Assembly (NCBI GenBank): GCA_031372565.1
Contig: JANMLN010000189.1
Location: forward strand, 1 to 39,949
Reading direction: 5' to 3'
Source of the DNA: Gemmatimonadota bacterium
GTDB taxonomy: Bacteria > Gemmatimonadota > Gemmatimonadetes > Gemmatimonadales > Gemmatimonadaceae
DNA length: 39,949 nt
A model generated the notes under the pieces. The model made no database searches. It was not told the DNA's origin and saw nothing but the letters and a program-made list of their open reading frames with translations. Each line of letters opens with the position of its first letter. Position 1 is the stretch's first letter. The position numbers and the translations under genes are program-made. This document shows positions 1 through 10,773 of the stretch, in pieces.

Positions 1-1
1 A

Positions 2-1855
2 CTGCGTGCCACCGACGCGATGGGGGTGCTGATGCGCGCGCAGAAGCTGCCGCAGCCGCTACCGCTCGCGGATGCGCGCGCCTTGGCGTCCGATCTGGGA
101 GCGAAGAGCGTCGTGCACGGCGCGCTCGTGCAGGAGGGGAGTGGGGTCCGCGCCGATGTCGCGCTGTATCGGGTCGAGGGCGGGGACGCGATCGCACGCG
201 CCTCCGCCACCGCGCCGCGCGATGGCATTCGTACGCTCACCGACTCGCTCACCGCGCAACTGCTGCGGCAGGTGTGGCGGCGCGGTGCGGCGCCGTCGCC
301 GTTCCTGGCAGATGTGGCCACGTCGTCGATGGATGCGCTGCGCGCGTTTCTCGAGGGAGAACAGCACTTCCAGCGCTTGTACGTCGACTCGGCCCTCGCG
401 TCATACACGCGCGCGCTGCAGCTGGACTCGATGTTTGCGCAGGCCGCTTTTCGTCTTGACTATGTGCGCAACTGGGCGTTGATGCCACCCGACACCGCCG
501 CGCGGGCGCAGCTCTTGCGGAATAGCAGCCGGCTGGCGCCGCGCGATCAGGCCTGGTTGAACATCCACCGGCGTCTCTCGCTCCCCTTCGCGGTCCGCCT
601 AGACTCCGGGCGGGCGCTCGCGGCCCGCTATCCGGATTTCGGCCTCGCGCAGTACTCCGTGGCCGACGACATCATCCACTCCGGGCCGACCTACGGCGTG
701 GCCATCACCGATGCGCTCCCGTATCTCGATAGAGCAGACGTACTCACACCGAATCAGCCGGACCTCATCTGGCACCGCTCCATGGTGCTGATGGCGGGTC
801 ACGATACCGCGCGCTTTCGAGCCAATATCGAGCAACAGGCGGCGGGGCCCCTTGGCGCCGCGCGGTCTCAAGCCGTTTACTTCCGGTCTGTTCTCGACGC
901 GAGAGCTCGGCAGCGGCCGACCCCTGCGTCGGCTTTTGGCACGATGATGGGCGACTTCATGCCGTTGCTCCGCGCCGCACCGCAACTCAGCTGGATCGTG
1001 GTCGGCGGCGCTCCCGTCTTGGGCATGAGCGGTCAGCAGATGGACTCCATTACCGGCGAGATGGAGCGGAGCGGTGCCTACACAGGTCTCGAGTTGCCCC
1101 ATGGGTTGGGGGCGAGTTCGCTCGCGGCCTCGCGCGGGCAGTTTGTCGCGGCTTCAAGTCGGCTGGCGGCAGTCGAACGCCCCGATGTACCCGAGCCCAT
1201 CGCCTTGGCCGGGGCGCGGCTTGCCGCCATCAGTGCCTGGATGGGCTTCCTCACCATCGAGCAAGCCGATTCGGTGCTTGTGCGCGCGCGTGCACGGCGA
1301 CCGCAGCTCAGCAGTATCGCTCAGGCAGAGTTCGCCTGGTTGGATGGCCTGATCGGCGTCGCCGCTGCTGATTCTGCGCGCGTGGTCCGTGCAGCAGCGG
1401 CCAACACCGACACCTCGAAGCAAGGACGGTTTCTGGCGCAGTCTCTCCCGTCCCTCTGGCGTGAACGCCGCACGGGCCTGATCGACAGCCTGCAGGCGTT
1501 GGAGGACCGCACGATTGCGGCCGCCGGGCTGCATGCGGCTGCGCTCCCCGTTCACCGCCTGGCGCTCGGTCGTGCCTTGGTCAAGCAGGGGAGCCCCGCA
1601 CGCGCCGAGCGCTACCTGCAGTGGCCGGATGCCATGACCAACAGCCTTCGTGGCACGAGCGTCCAGTCGCAGTTCGCCAGTGTGACCGCGTACGAGCGTG
1701 GTTTGGCCGCTGAGGCGGCCGGGGACCGCGCGAATGCGATCATGTTCTTCCAACGCTTTGTCGAGATTGCCGACGCACCGGACCCTCCGGTGCGCCCGCT
1801 CGTCGAGAACGCCAAGGCCCGTCTGGCCAAGCTCACCGGAGACAGTCGCAAGTGA
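2..1855 (+). CDS. 5'-truncated helical-repeat (TPR-like) protein, probably the C-terminal part of a larger Ser/Thr kinase or TolB-like/TPR protein
   Basis: Frame is open from position 2. Ala/Leu-rich helical repeats ([44 protein letters not shown]) follow a TolB_N-like segment ([25 protein letters not shown]). The stop overlaps the dut start (GTGA). Confidence 0.55.
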   Translation: MRATDAMGVLMRAQKLPQPLPLADARALASDLGAKSVVHGALVQEGSGVRADVALYRVEGGDAIARASATAPRDGIRTLTDSLTAQLLRQVWRRGAAPSPFLADVATSSMDALRAFLEGEQHFQRLYVDSALASYTRALQLDSMFAQAAFRLDYVRNWALMPPDTAARAQLLRNSSRLAPRDQAWLNIHRRLSLPFAVRLDSGRALAARYPDFGLAQYSVADDIIHSGPTYGVAITDALPYLDRADVLTPNQPDLIWHRSMVLMAGHDTARFRANIEQQAAGPLGAARSQAVYFRSVLDARARQRPTPASAFGTMMGDFMPLLRAAPQLSWIVVGGAPVLGMSGQQMDSITGEMERSGAYTGLELPHGLGASSLAASRGQFVAASSRLAAVERPDVPEPIALAGARLAAISAWMGFLTIEQADSVLVRARARRPQLSSIAQAEFAWLDGLIGVAAADSARVVRAAAANTDTSKQGRFLAQSLPSLWRERRTGLIDSLQALEDRTIAAAGLHAAALPVHRLALGRALVKQGSPARAERYLQWPDAMTNSLRGTSVQSQFASVTAYERGLAAEAAGDRANAIMFFQRFVEIADAPDPPVRPLVENAKARLAKLTGDSRK

Positions 1856-2295
1856 CCGATCAGGTTCGCATTCAACGGCTCGCGCACAACCCCGACCTGC
1901 CGCTCCCGGTGCGCGCCACGGCGCATGCCGCGGGCTACGACGTGAGCAGCGCGGAGCCTGACTTTGTGCTCAATCCTGGCGAGCGACGCGCCGTGGCCAC
2001 GGGCCTCGCGTTCGAGCTCCCGGAGGGAATGGAGATGCAGGTGCGGCCGCGTTCGGGGCTCGCGCTCAAGCACGGGATCACGTTGCCCAACGCGCCGGGG
2101 ACGATTGATCCCGACTATCGCGGTGAGCTCAAGGTCATCATGCAGAACGGGGGGGCCGAGGCCGTGACCTTCAAGCGCGGCGAACGGATCGCGCAGCTCG
2201 TGTTCGCGCGCTTCGAAGCGCCCTCGCTGATCGCAGCCGACGCGCTGGGCGACACGGCGCGCGGCACAGGGGGCTTCGGAAGCACGGGGCGCTGA
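1852..2295 (+). CDS. dut: dUTP diphosphatase
   Basis: dUTPase motifs [27 protein letters not shown] and [13 protein letters not shown] start. Confidence 0.97.
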   Translation: MTDQVRIQRLAHNPDLPLPVRATAHAAGYDVSSAEPDFVLNPGERRAVATGLAFELPEGMEMQVRPRSGLALKHGITLPNAPGTIDPDYRGELKVIMQNGGAEAVTFKRGERIAQLVFARFEAPSLIAADALGDTARGTGGFGSTGR

Positions 2296-2404
2296 GCGGC
2301 GCGCCGCGTGTCGCGGCGACAGTGACCGACCCATGGCGGCGCCGCTTGCGATTCCGCGAGCAACTGCCGATTCTATCAGGGTCTGACGTGTGTCATCGGA
2401 CTCT

Positions 2405-2477
2405 TGGGGTGTAGCTCAATTGGCAGAGCTCCCGGCTGTTAACCGGAGGGTTGGTGGTTCGAGTCCACCCGCCCCAG
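2405..2477 (+). tRNA. tRNA-Asn (GTT), CCA not encoded
   Basis: 73-nt cloverleaf: acceptor TGGGGTG/CGCCCCA with discriminator G, D arm GCTC/GAGC, anticodon loop CTGTTAA, T arm GGTGG-TTCGAGT-CCACC; followed by TCA. Confidence 0.96.
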
Positions 2478-2487
2478 TCACGACTTC

Positions 2488-2521
2488 GAGCGCTCGGCCC
2501 GGTACCTCGGGTCGGGCGCTC
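2488..2521 (+). terminator. 14-bp GC-rich hairpin after the tRNA (terminator or processing stem)
   Basis: GAGCGCTCGGCCCG-gtacct-CGGGTCGGGCGCTC pairs fully with two G.U pairs on the + strand; no U tract follows. Confidence 0.5.
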
Positions 2522-2703
2522 AGTGCATCAAGGCGGGCGCCTCGGCCGCTCGGGAAAGAGAGTGTGGAGCTGGGCGCGCCCGGACTGGTTGCGGTGGCCC
2601 GGACCATGGCGTCCTGACCCGTGGTTCCGGCAGGTGCGCTCCCCCGCCGATGGCGTGACGGCTGTTCGAGGGGCGATCCCCTAGGTTGCGGTAGGGCAAC
2701 AGC

Positions 2704-2733
2704 TTGTATCCGCTCCCGCGCGTTCGTTAGCTT
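2704..2733 (+). promoter_or_regulatory. Putative sigma70 promoter of the mre operon
   Basis: TTGTAT-18 bp-TAGCTT about 80 nt upstream of mreB. The same TAGCTT -10 recurs at hisS, dusB and the PTS IIA gene. Confidence 0.45.
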
Positions 2734-2813
2734 CCAATTTCGCCCACCCCGAACGTCGTTTTGTCAACATCGCGTGCACCTCACTTGTGTGGGTGCGTGC
2801 CTGACCCATTGAG

Positions 2814-3851
2814 ATGCGCTGGCCGTCCTTCAAGTCGGGTATGTGGTTTCCCGCGAACTCGATCGCGGTGGACCTCGGCACCGCGAACACGCTGGTGTAC
2901 GTGAAGGGCGAGGGCATCGTGCTCAACGAGCCGTCGGTCGTCGCGCTCGATCGCGAGACCAAGAAGATCAAGGGCGTGGGCCTCGAAGCGAAGCGCATGT
3001 TGGGTCGCACACCGGAAGGCGTCATCGCCGTGCGCCCGATGAAGGACGGCGTGATCGCCGACTTCGACGTGACCGAGAAGATGCTGCGGTACTTCCTCAC
3101 GCTCATCATCGAGAACCACGTCTTCAAGGTGAAGCCGCGCGTCATCGTCTGCGTGCCCTCGGGCATCACCGAGGTGGAAAAGCGTGCGGTGCGCGACTCC
3201 GCACTCGGTGCGGGCGCCAAGGAAGTGTTCATGGTGGCCGAGCCGATGGCCGCCGCGATCGGCGTGGGACTGCCTGTCGAGACGCCGACCGGCAACATGG
3301 TGATCGACATCGGCGGTGGCACGACCGAGATCGCGGTCATCGCGCTCTCCGGCATCGTGAGCGACACGTCGATCCGCACGGGCGGCGACGAGCTCGACAT
3401 GAGCATCGTGCAGTTCATGCGCAAGAACTACAACCTCCTCATCGGCGAACCAACGGCCGAGCAGATCAAGATCCAGATCGGCTCCGCCTATCCGGTGGGC
3501 GAGGAGCGCGAGATGGAAGTGAAGGGACGCGATCTCGTGTCGGGCATCCCGAAGACGGTGCGCGTGCACTCCACCGAGATTCGCGAAGCGGTGCAGGAAC
3601 CGATCCAGCAGATCGTCGACGCCGTGCGGCGCGCCCTCGAGATCACGCCGCCCGAACTCGCGAGCGACATCGTCGATCGCGGCATCGTGATGACGGGCGG
3701 CGGAGCGCTGATTCGAGGCCTTGACCTGCTCCTGCAGCAGGAGACCGGCCTCCCGATCCACGTCGACGACGATCCCCTCACCTGCGTCGTGCGCGGCACG
3801 GGTCGAATCCTCGACGACGAGGAGAAGTACTGGTCGGTCCTCTCGTCCTGA
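2814..3851 (+). CDS. mreB: Rod shape-determining actin-like protein MreB
   Basis: [30 protein letters not shown] and TGGGALIRG motifs. Confidence 0.98.
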   Translation: MRWPSFKSGMWFPANSIAVDLGTANTLVYVKGEGIVLNEPSVVALDRETKKIKGVGLEAKRMLGRTPEGVIAVRPMKDGVIADFDVTEKMLRYFLTLIIENHVFKVKPRVIVCVPSGITEVEKRAVRDSALGAGAKEVFMVAEPMAAAIGVGLPVETPTGNMVIDIGGGTTEIAVIALSGIVSDTSIRTGGDELDMSIVQFMRKNYNLLIGEPTAEQIKIQIGSAYPVGEEREMEVKGRDLVSGIPKTVRVHSTEIREAVQEPIQQIVDAVRRALEITPPELASDIVDRGIVMTGGGALIRGLDLLLQQETGLPIHVDDDPLTCVVRGTGRILDDEEKYWSVLSS

Positions 3852-3858
3852 GCTGACC

Positions 3859-4968
3859 GTGGCGCGCGCCGCACGGAGCAGCAACAGCCGCAGCGACACG
3901 GTGCTGCTCAGCGTGTGTCTCGCGCTGTCGATCATCGCACTCATCCTGCCCGGCGAGCAGCGACGTCCCGTCGCCGAAGCGCTGCGTCGGACCGCCCTCG
4001 CGCCGCTCATCCGCCTGCAAGGGGCCGCCGAACGCGGTCGTGCGGCGCTCATGCAGCGGGACCAGGCGATCGTCAATCGAGACTCGATGACCGTGCGCGG
4101 CATGACGATCGTCTCGCTCGAGGCGGAGAACGATCGCCTGCGCCGCATCCTCGGCCTCGCGCAGCGCCTGCGCTGGGGCTTCGTCGCCGCCGAGGTGCTG
4201 CACGGCAAGGGACTGGGCGAGGAGTTCACGGTGGCGCTCACGGCGGGCGATGCGGCTGGCGTGCGACGGCTCTCGCCCGTCGTCGCGCCCGAGGGACTCG
4301 TGGGCATGGTCACCGGCACCGATCCGCAGAGTGCGCAGGCGATCGTCTGGTCGCATCCGGACTTTCGCGTGAGTGCGATGAGCACCGACGGCAAGGCGTT
4401 CGGCATCGTGCGCCCGCACATCGCTGGCAGCGGCGCGAGTCGCTACCTGCTCGAGATGAGCAACGTGCCGTTCCGCAATTCGCTGCCGGCCGGTTCGCTG
4501 ATCGTGAGTTCGGGATTGGGCGGCACCTATCCGCGGGGCATTCCCATCGGCACGGTGATGCAGGAGCTCACGACGGCCGAAGGGTGGGCGCGCACGTATC
4601 TCATTCGCCCCGCCGTGTCGCCGGGCGACGTGACCAGCGTGATGGTGCTCATGCCGCAGCGTGTGCAATCGGGGGTCGCCTCGGTGTGGACCAGCGTGGC
4701 GGCTGCCGACAGCGCCGCGCGCGCCATTGCCGCCGCGGGTGACGATGCCACGCGACGCGCGGCACTCGCGGAGTTGGCCGCGCGGCGGGCGCTCACCGAC
4801 TCGATGAGCGCGGGCGATTCGACGCTCCAGACCGACTCCGCGGCCGTCGTGTCGCCCGCTGCTCCGCGCCCGCCGCTCTCGCCAGCCGACACGACCGCGC
4901 GTCGTCGTCGCCGCCGCACGGCCCCGGACTCGGTGCCCGGCACGGTACCCCCCCGGGGGACCCGATGA
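3859..4968 (+). CDS. mreC: Rod shape-determining protein MreC
   Basis: N-terminal TM, coiled coil (LEAENDRLRRILGL), GLVG and SSGLGGTYPRGIPIG. Start moved to the in-frame GTG at 3859, just after mreB. Confidence 0.93.
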   Translation: MARAARSSNSRSDTVLLSVCLALSIIALILPGEQRRPVAEALRRTALAPLIRLQGAAERGRAALMQRDQAIVNRDSMTVRGMTIVSLEAENDRLRRILGLAQRLRWGFVAAEVLHGKGLGEEFTVALTAGDAAGVRRLSPVVAPEGLVGMVTGTDPQSAQAIVWSHPDFRVSAMSTDGKAFGIVRPHIAGSGASRYLLEMSNVPFRNSLPAGSLIVSSGLGGTYPRGIPIGTVMQELTTAEGWARTYLIRPAVSPGDVTSVMVLMPQRVQSGVASVWTSVAAADSAARAIAAAGDDATRRAALAELAARRALTDSMSAGDSTLQTDSAAVVSPAAPRPPLSPADTTARRRRRRTAPDSVPGTVPPRGTR

Positions 4969-5456
4969 GTCCGGGACGCATTGCGAAAGGGCTCACGGTC
5001 TTCGCCCTGCTGATCACGCTGCACTACACGCTGCGCCCGCTGCTCGGCTGGCGTGCGCCGGTCGACTTCCTCGTCATTGCCGTGCTGCTCACCGCCGTGC
5101 GTGTGCGCCCGGGGACCGCCGCCGTGGTGGGCTTCCTCAGTGGCATCGCCGCCGATGCGCTCACCCCCGAATCGTTCGGCGCCGCCGCACTGGCGTTCAC
5201 CGCCGTGGCGTATCTCGCCAGCTGGCTCAAGGCGGTCTTTTTCGCGGACAACTTTGCGCTCAACGGCATCTTCATCTTCCTCGGCAAATGGGCCGCCGAC
5301 CTGATCATCGTCATCGCCGAACGGCGGTTGCACGGGCTCGACCTGCTGCAACAGGTGCTGCTCTGGTCACCGCTCTCGTCGCTGTCGACGGCGATCGCGG
5401 GGCTCGTGCTGCTGGTGGCGTTGCGTCCGCTCCTGGATGAGCCCGCGGTCGCCTGA
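4965..5456 (+). CDS. mreD: Rod shape-determining protein MreD
   Basis: Small polytopic membrane protein between mreC and PBP2; ATGA overlap with mreC. Confidence 0.88.
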   Translation: MSPGRIAKGLTVFALLITLHYTLRPLLGWRAPVDFLVIAVLLTAVRVRPGTAAVVGFLSGIAADALTPESFGAAALAFTAVAYLASWLKAVFFADNFALNGIFIFLGKWAADLIIVIAERRLHGLDLLQQVLLWSPLSSLSTAIAGLVLLVALRPLLDEPAVA

Positions 5457-5462
5457 CGCGCC

Positions 5463-7247
5463 ATGAGCACTTCTTTCCACCCCAACGAAGTGCAGCGCCG
5501 CGGCCGGATCGCGAGTGTACTCGTGCTGCTCACGATCGTGACGCTGGGGAGTGCATTCTTCCGCACGCAGGTCTTGCGGCATCGGCAGTACACGCTGGAG
5601 TCGGAACAGAACCGGTTGCGCGAGGTGCCGCTGCCGGCGCCACGCGGCATCATCTACGATCGCACCGGGCAGATCATCGCCGAGAACCTGCCGGGATACA
5701 CGGTGTCGCTCTTGGCGCCGGGCACGGATTCGCTCCGCGCCGCGCTCCGGCGACTCTCGGGGACGATCGCGCTGACGCCTGCGCAGATCGATCTCGCGGT
5801 GCGCCGGTTCCGACGCGCGCCCAACCGGCCCGCCGTGATTCTCGCCGACGCGTCGTTCGATGTGGTGAGCGTGCTCGAGGAGCATCGCATCGAGTTTCCC
5901 GGCCTCATCATCCAGGCGTCGCCCAAGCGGTACTACCCCGACGGCGCGGCCGTGGCGTCGTTCGTGGGCTACACGGGCGAGATCACCGAGGCGGAGTTGG
6001 GACGTGATGCGTTTCGGGGCTACAAGGCCGGCCAGCAGGTCGGGAAGGGCGGACTGGAGAAACAGTACGAAGGACAGTTGCGCGGTCGCGAGGGGACGCG
6101 CTTCGTGGAGGTGGATGCGCGCGGCCGCGTGGTGCGTGAGGCCGGTGCGCGCGCCGACGTTCCCCCTGAACGGGCGGCCGTGCTCCGCACCAACATCGAC
6201 CTCGACCTCCAGCGGTACATCGTCGAGCTCTTCGGCGACTCGCTGCAAGGGGGCGCCGTCGCGCTCGACCCGAAGTCGGGCGCCGTGCTGGCACTGCACT
6301 CGGCGCCCACGTATGACCCCAACCGTTTTACGGGCGGCATTCCCGCCGACTACTGGAAGTCACTCAACACCGACCCGCGTCGACCGCTGTACAACAAGGT
6401 GCTGCAGGGGCGGTACGAGCCGGGCTCCACGTGGAAGCTCGCGACCGCCGCGCTGGCGCTCGAACGCAAGGTGGCCGATCTCGATGACCACATGCCGACC
6501 TCGTGCACCGGGGGCTACCAGTTCGGCAATCGCTACTTCCGCTGCTGGGAGAAGAAGGGACACGGCAGCATCTCGATGCGTCAGGCCATCGCGGTCTCGT
6601 GCGACGTCTACTTCTACCAGCTGGGACTCAAGATCGGGATCGAGCGGTTGATTGCCGGAGGCGTCTCGCTCAAGTTCCTCGACCGCACCGGTATCGACCT
6701 GCCCGAGGAGTCACCATCGCAGTTCCCGTATGCGGTGGAGTATTTCAACAAGCGCTACGGGCCGCGTGGCTGGTCGAATGCGGTGGTGCTCAACCTGTCC
6801 ATCGGTCAGGGCGAGAACGCACAGACCGTGATGAACATGGCGCGCTTCTACACCGCGCTCGCGACGGACGGGCGCGAGGCGACGCCGAACGTGGTGCAGC
6901 GTACCGTGAAGCGTGATTCGATCATGAATTTGAGCTCGGAACAGCTCACGGCGCTCCGCGACGCGATGGCGGGCGTGGTGCAGGCAGGAGGCACGGCGGC
7001 AAGCGCGGCGATCGTGGGGGTGCGGCTCGCTGGCAAGACGGGCACCGCGCAGAACCCGCAGGATCCGAAACGGGACCACGCCTGGTTCGTGGGCATGGCG
7101 CCCGCCGAGGATCCGAAGGTGGTCGTGGCGGTGATGCTCGAGTTCGGCGGCCACGGCACGCGCGCGGCGCGCATCGCGTCGAAGATCATCGAGCGCTACC
7201 TGAAGGTGAAGGCAGCACCGGTCCCCGTCACGGAAGCCGGATTGTGA
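5463..7247 (+). CDS. mrdA: Penicillin-binding protein 2
   Basis: APRGIIYDR, GKGGLE, SxxK (GSTWK), SCD and KTG (KTGTAQ) motifs. Confidence 0.96.
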   Translation: MSTSFHPNEVQRRGRIASVLVLLTIVTLGSAFFRTQVLRHRQYTLESEQNRLREVPLPAPRGIIYDRTGQIIAENLPGYTVSLLAPGTDSLRAALRRLSGTIALTPAQIDLAVRRFRRAPNRPAVILADASFDVVSVLEEHRIEFPGLIIQASPKRYYPDGAAVASFVGYTGEITEAELGRDAFRGYKAGQQVGKGGLEKQYEGQLRGREGTRFVEVDARGRVVREAGARADVPPERAAVLRTNIDLDLQRYIVELFGDSLQGGAVALDPKSGAVLALHSAPTYDPNRFTGGIPADYWKSLNTDPRRPLYNKVLQGRYEPGSTWKLATAALALERKVADLDDHMPTSCTGGYQFGNRYFRCWEKKGHGSISMRQAIAVSCDVYFYQLGLKIGIERLIAGGVSLKFLDRTGIDLPEESPSQFPYAVEYFNKRYGPRGWSNAVVLNLSIGQGENAQTVMNMARFYTALATDGREATPNVVQRTVKRDSIMNLSSEQLTALRDAMAGVVQAGGTAASAAIVGVRLAGKTGTAQNPQDPKRDHAWFVGMAPAEDPKVVVAVMLEFGGHGTRAARIASKIIERYLKVKAAPVPVTEAGL

Positions 7248-8494
7248 TCGGCCGGACGCTGGCCGACCGCCCGCTGGCCGCACTCGCGGTGCTCCTGACC
7301 GTCTTCGGCATCGCGATCGTCTACAGCGCCGGGCAGACCGACGTGGTCGTGCCGGTGGTTGCCCGCGCCTGGCAGCGCCAGCTCGGATGGTTCGTCGTCG
7401 CAGCGCTGAGCGCGTTGCTGGCCAGCCGAGCGTCGGTGCGTGTGCTCGAGTGGAGCGCGTGGCCCGTGTACTTGGGCGGCGTGGCGCTGCTGACACTCAC
7501 CCTCGCGTTCGGATCGGGGGCGGGGACCGCCGCGAGCCAGAAGGGATGGCTCACAATCGGCGGCATCCGGCTGGGGCAGCCATCGGAGCTGGCCAAGATC
7601 TTCGTCGTGCTGATGCTGGCGCGTGTCCTCGCGGCCCGACGCGAGGCCCCGACGTCGCTGCTCGACCTGTGGCGTCCGGCGGCCGTCGTGTTCGTGCCGT
7701 GGACGCTCATCATGCTGCAGCCGGACCTGGGCACCGGCATCGTCTTCATCGGCATCTTCTTCTGCATGCTCTTCTGGAGCGGCGTGAAGTGGCCACTGCT
7801 CGTGCTGGCGGCCAGTCCGGGGATCTCGCTCGTCCTCGCCTTCAGCACCGGCGCGTGGGGCATCTGGTTCGTGATGCTGGTCGCGCTGGTCATCTGGTAC
7901 CGACCGTACCTGTGGGAGGGGATCGCGCTCGTCGTCGCCAACGTGGTGTCGGGGGTGATCGCACCGATCCTGTGGGATCGCCTGCAGCCCTACCAGCAGC
8001 GCCGGTTGCTGGTCTTCCTGGATCCGCAGAGTGACCCGCGCGCGTCCGGCTACCACGTGATCCAGTCGCAAGTCGCCATCGGGTCCGGCGGATGGTTCGG
8101 CAAGGGATACCTCGACGGATCGCAGAAGCGCCTCGCCTTCCTGCCCGCGCAGCACACCGACTTCATCTTCTCGGTGGTGGGCGAGGAGCTGGGCTTTCTC
8201 GGCGTGTCCGTCGCGCTCGGCCTCTTCCTCGGCCTCTTCCTGCGCACCGTGCGCGTGGCACAACGGGCCAACGACCAGTTCAGCTCGCTGGTCGCGTTCG
8301 GGTTGGGGGCGAGCTGGTTCGTCCACGTGATCGTGAACGTGGGCATGACGCTCAACCTCATGCCGATCACGGGGATTCCGCTGCCGTTCTTCAGCTACGG
8401 CGGCTCGTTTCTGCTGAGCTGCTGGCTGGCGGTGGGGATTCTGCTGCGGGTGAGCAGTGAGGGGCGTGGGCGGGCGGGGACGTTCGCGATGTAG
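7244..8494 (+). CDS. rodA: SEDS peptidoglycan glycosyltransferase RodA
   Basis: QPSELAK, QPDLGT, HTDFIFSVVGEELGF and GIPLPFFSYGGS motifs; follows mrdA. Confidence 0.96.
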   Translation: MIGRTLADRPLAALAVLLTVFGIAIVYSAGQTDVVVPVVARAWQRQLGWFVVAALSALLASRASVRVLEWSAWPVYLGGVALLTLTLAFGSGAGTAASQKGWLTIGGIRLGQPSELAKIFVVLMLARVLAARREAPTSLLDLWRPAAVVFVPWTLIMLQPDLGTGIVFIGIFFCMLFWSGVKWPLLVLAASPGISLVLAFSTGAWGIWFVMLVALVIWYRPYLWEGIALVVANVVSGVIAPILWDRLQPYQQRRLLVFLDPQSDPRASGYHVIQSQVAIGSGGWFGKGYLDGSQKRLAFLPAQHTDFIFSVVGEELGFLGVSVALGLFLGLFLRTVRVAQRANDQFSSLVAFGLGASWFVHVIVNVGMTLNLMPITGIPLPFFSYGGSFLLSCWLAVGILLRVSSEGRGRAGTFAM

Positions 8495-8623
8495 GGTGAG
8501 CGCGGTACCGGATGAGGTTGTCATCGACACTCCTCCACCGCCGACGATACCGAGAGGCACCGTCACCCGAACACAACCCGAAACAGACCTGTTCCCCGCC
8601 TCTTTTGTGACCTAAGTTGCTGG

Positions 8624-9487
8624 ATGGCTTGGTTCAGAAAAGACAAGAAACCCCGCACCCCTCCTCGGCAGCGCCACGAAATTCCGGCTGATGCGTGGGA
8701 GAAGTGCGAACACTGCGACCACACGGATATCCGGGAGAAGTTCGTCCGGAACCTGAACGTCTGCCCGTCGTGCGGCTTCCACCGCCGCATCCGGGCCATC
8801 GAGTATGTGAACATTCTGCTCGATGAGGGGACGATCGAGGAGCTGGAGGGCGACCTGCGCTCCAAGGACCCGCTCAACTTCCCGGACTACCCGGCGCGTC
8901 TCAAGAAGGCCCATGCGAACGCGGGGGACGAAGACGCGATCCTGACCGTCTCCGGGGCGCTCGGCGGGATGCCGGTGAATGTCGGGTGCATGGACTTCGC
9001 CTTCATGGGCGGCTCCATGGGATCGGTGGTCGGAGAGAAGATTGCCCGGCTTGGCCAGCGGTCGCTCGAGCGGAAGTATCCGCTTGTCCTCATTTCCGCC
9101 TCGGGCGGCGCCCGCATGCAGGAAGGGGTGCTGTCGCTCATGCAGATGGCCAAGACGTCGGCGGTGCTGGCGCAGTTGGCCGAGCGGCGGATTCCATACG
9201 TCTCGATCCTGACCAATCCCACCACCGGGGGCGTGAGCGCGAGCTACGCGATGTTGGGCGATGCCATCATCGCCGAGCCGGGAGCGGTGATCGGCTTCGC
9301 CGGTCCGCGCGTGATCAAGCAGACGCTGGGGCAGGATCTCCCGGAAGGGTTCCAGACCGCGGAGTTCCTCCTCGACCATGGGATGGTGGATCAGGTGGTG
9401 CCGCGTTCGGACCTCAAACGGACCGTGGGTACGTTGCTGCGGCACATGAGCGGGAAGCCCGCCGCATCCGGGTGGGCCGCGAGCTGA
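8624..9487 (+). CDS. accD: Acetyl-CoA carboxylase carboxyltransferase beta subunit
   Basis: Zn finger CEHC...CPSC; FMGGSMGSVVGEK, SGGARMQEG, PTTGGVSAS and GFAGPRVI motifs. Confidence 0.97.
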   Translation: MAWFRKDKKPRTPPRQRHEIPADAWEKCEHCDHTDIREKFVRNLNVCPSCGFHRRIRAIEYVNILLDEGTIEELEGDLRSKDPLNFPDYPARLKKAHANAGDEDAILTVSGALGGMPVNVGCMDFAFMGGSMGSVVGEKIARLGQRSLERKYPLVLISASGGARMQEGVLSLMQMAKTSAVLAQLAERRIPYVSILTNPTTGGVSASYAMLGDAIIAEPGAVIGFAGPRVIKQTLGQDLPEGFQTAEFLLDHGMVDQVVPRSDLKRTVGTLLRHMSGKPAASGWAAS

Positions 9488-10764
9488 AGGATTACCGCCA
9501 CGCGCTCGACTTCCTCTTCGAGCGCACGCAGGGACGCGACAAGCTGGGGCTCGACCGCATGCGCGACTTCCTGCGCGTGTTGGGCGACCCGCACGAGCGC
9601 CTGCGCTGCTTCCATGTGGCTGGCACCAACGGCAAGGGCAGCACCGTGGCCACGCTCGAGACCCTGCTGCGCGCCCGCGGTCTCACGGTCGGCAAGTACA
9701 CCTCGCCGCATCTGGTGGACTTCACCGAGCGCATCCTGATCAACGGCGAGCCCGTGGCCAGCGAGGCCGTGGTGGCGTTCATCGAGCGGTGGGCGCCGGA
9801 CGTGGAGCGCACGGGTGCGAGCTTCTTCGAGGCCACGACCGCGCTCGCCTTCGACGAGTTCGCACGTGCGGGGGTCGACGTCGCCGTGATCGAAGTGGGA
9901 CTCGGCGGTCGCCTCGATTCGACCAACCTCATCACCCCGCTGGTGGCTGGTGTCACCTCGATCGGACTCGACCACATGGAGCTGCTCGGCGACTCGAAGG
10001 AGCAGATCGCCAGCGAGAAGGCGGGCATCTTCAAGCCCGGCGTTCCTGCCGTGATCGGGGAGACCGACCCCGTGATTCGCGACCTCCTCGCCGCGCACGC
10101 GCGTGCGCACGGCGCCGGGCCCATTCGCATCGTGGCGGAGGAATCGCACGTGTCCGATGTCCACGTGGGACCGGAGGGGACTACGTTCGCCTTCGCGATG
10201 GCCGGAGCGCCGCCGATGACGCTCCGTACGTCGCTGGCCGGGCGGCACCAGGCCGACAACGCGGCGGTGGCCATCACGATGCTCGATGCCGCGGGTGCGC
10301 CGTACCGTCCGAGCCTCGACGACGTCGCGCGTGCGCTGCCCGCCGTGCGACTGCCCGGGCGCTTTCAGGTGTGGGGCAAGTACCTGTTCGATGTGGCACA
10401 CAACGCCGACGGCATGGCGGTCATGGAACGGACCCTCCAGGCGGTCCGGCCGGCGCGTCCAGCGGTCGCCGTGGTGAACGTGCTCTCGGACAAGGATTGG
10501 CGCGCCATGATGTCGGTGCTGGTTCGGTTCGTCGATCATCTCGTGGTGACGGTGAGCCCGACGTCGCCCGCATCGCGTCGATGGGATCCGGCCGAGGCGT
10601 TCGCGTTTGCGCAGGGGAACGGCTGGTCCGTGAGCCTGGAGCCCGACTTCACGAAGGCGCTCGCGCTGGCCGACACGATGGGAGAGACGGTCATCGTGAC
10701 CGGCTCTTTCCACACGGTCGGCGATGCGATGGTCGCCTTGGACGTCAGCCCGCTCGCCCGGTAG
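9472..10764 (+). CDS. folC: Dihydrofolate/folylpolyglutamate synthase
   Basis: HVAGTNGKGS, YTSPHL, EVGLGGRLDSTN, LPGRF, DVAHN and TGSFH motifs. Start uncertain (GTG 9472 chosen). Confidence 0.94.
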   Translation: MGRELKDYRHALDFLFERTQGRDKLGLDRMRDFLRVLGDPHERLRCFHVAGTNGKGSTVATLETLLRARGLTVGKYTSPHLVDFTERILINGEPVASEAVVAFIERWAPDVERTGASFFEATTALAFDEFARAGVDVAVIEVGLGGRLDSTNLITPLVAGVTSIGLDHMELLGDSKEQIASEKAGIFKPGVPAVIGETDPVIRDLLAAHARAHGAGPIRIVAEESHVSDVHVGPEGTTFAFAMAGAPPMTLRTSLAGRHQADNAAVAITMLDAAGAPYRPSLDDVARALPAVRLPGRFQVWGKYLFDVAHNADGMAVMERTLQAVRPARPAVAVVNVLSDKDWRAMMSVLVRFVDHLVVTVSPTSPASRRWDPAEAFAFAQGNGWSVSLEPDFTKALALADTMGETVIVTGSFHTVGDAMVALDVSPLAR

Positions 10765-10767
10765 CTT
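10738..10767 (+). promoter_or_regulatory. Putative promoter for a leaderless hisS transcript
   Basis: TTGGAC-18 bp-TAGCTT, with the -10 ending 6 nt before the hisS ATG; no SD. Confidence 0.5.
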
Positions 10768-10773
10768 TGCTCC

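Noticed and set aside
2522..2700. Possible ncRNA or small ORF between tRNA-Asn and mreB
   Set aside because: No recognisable RNA motif or convincing coding signal; only short GC stems.
3843..3853. TCGTCCTGAGC at the mreB stop, and GTCCTGAGCG at 23961, resembling the repeat arm
   Set aside because: Only 10-11 bp, largely in coding sequence, and the hairpin half is missing.
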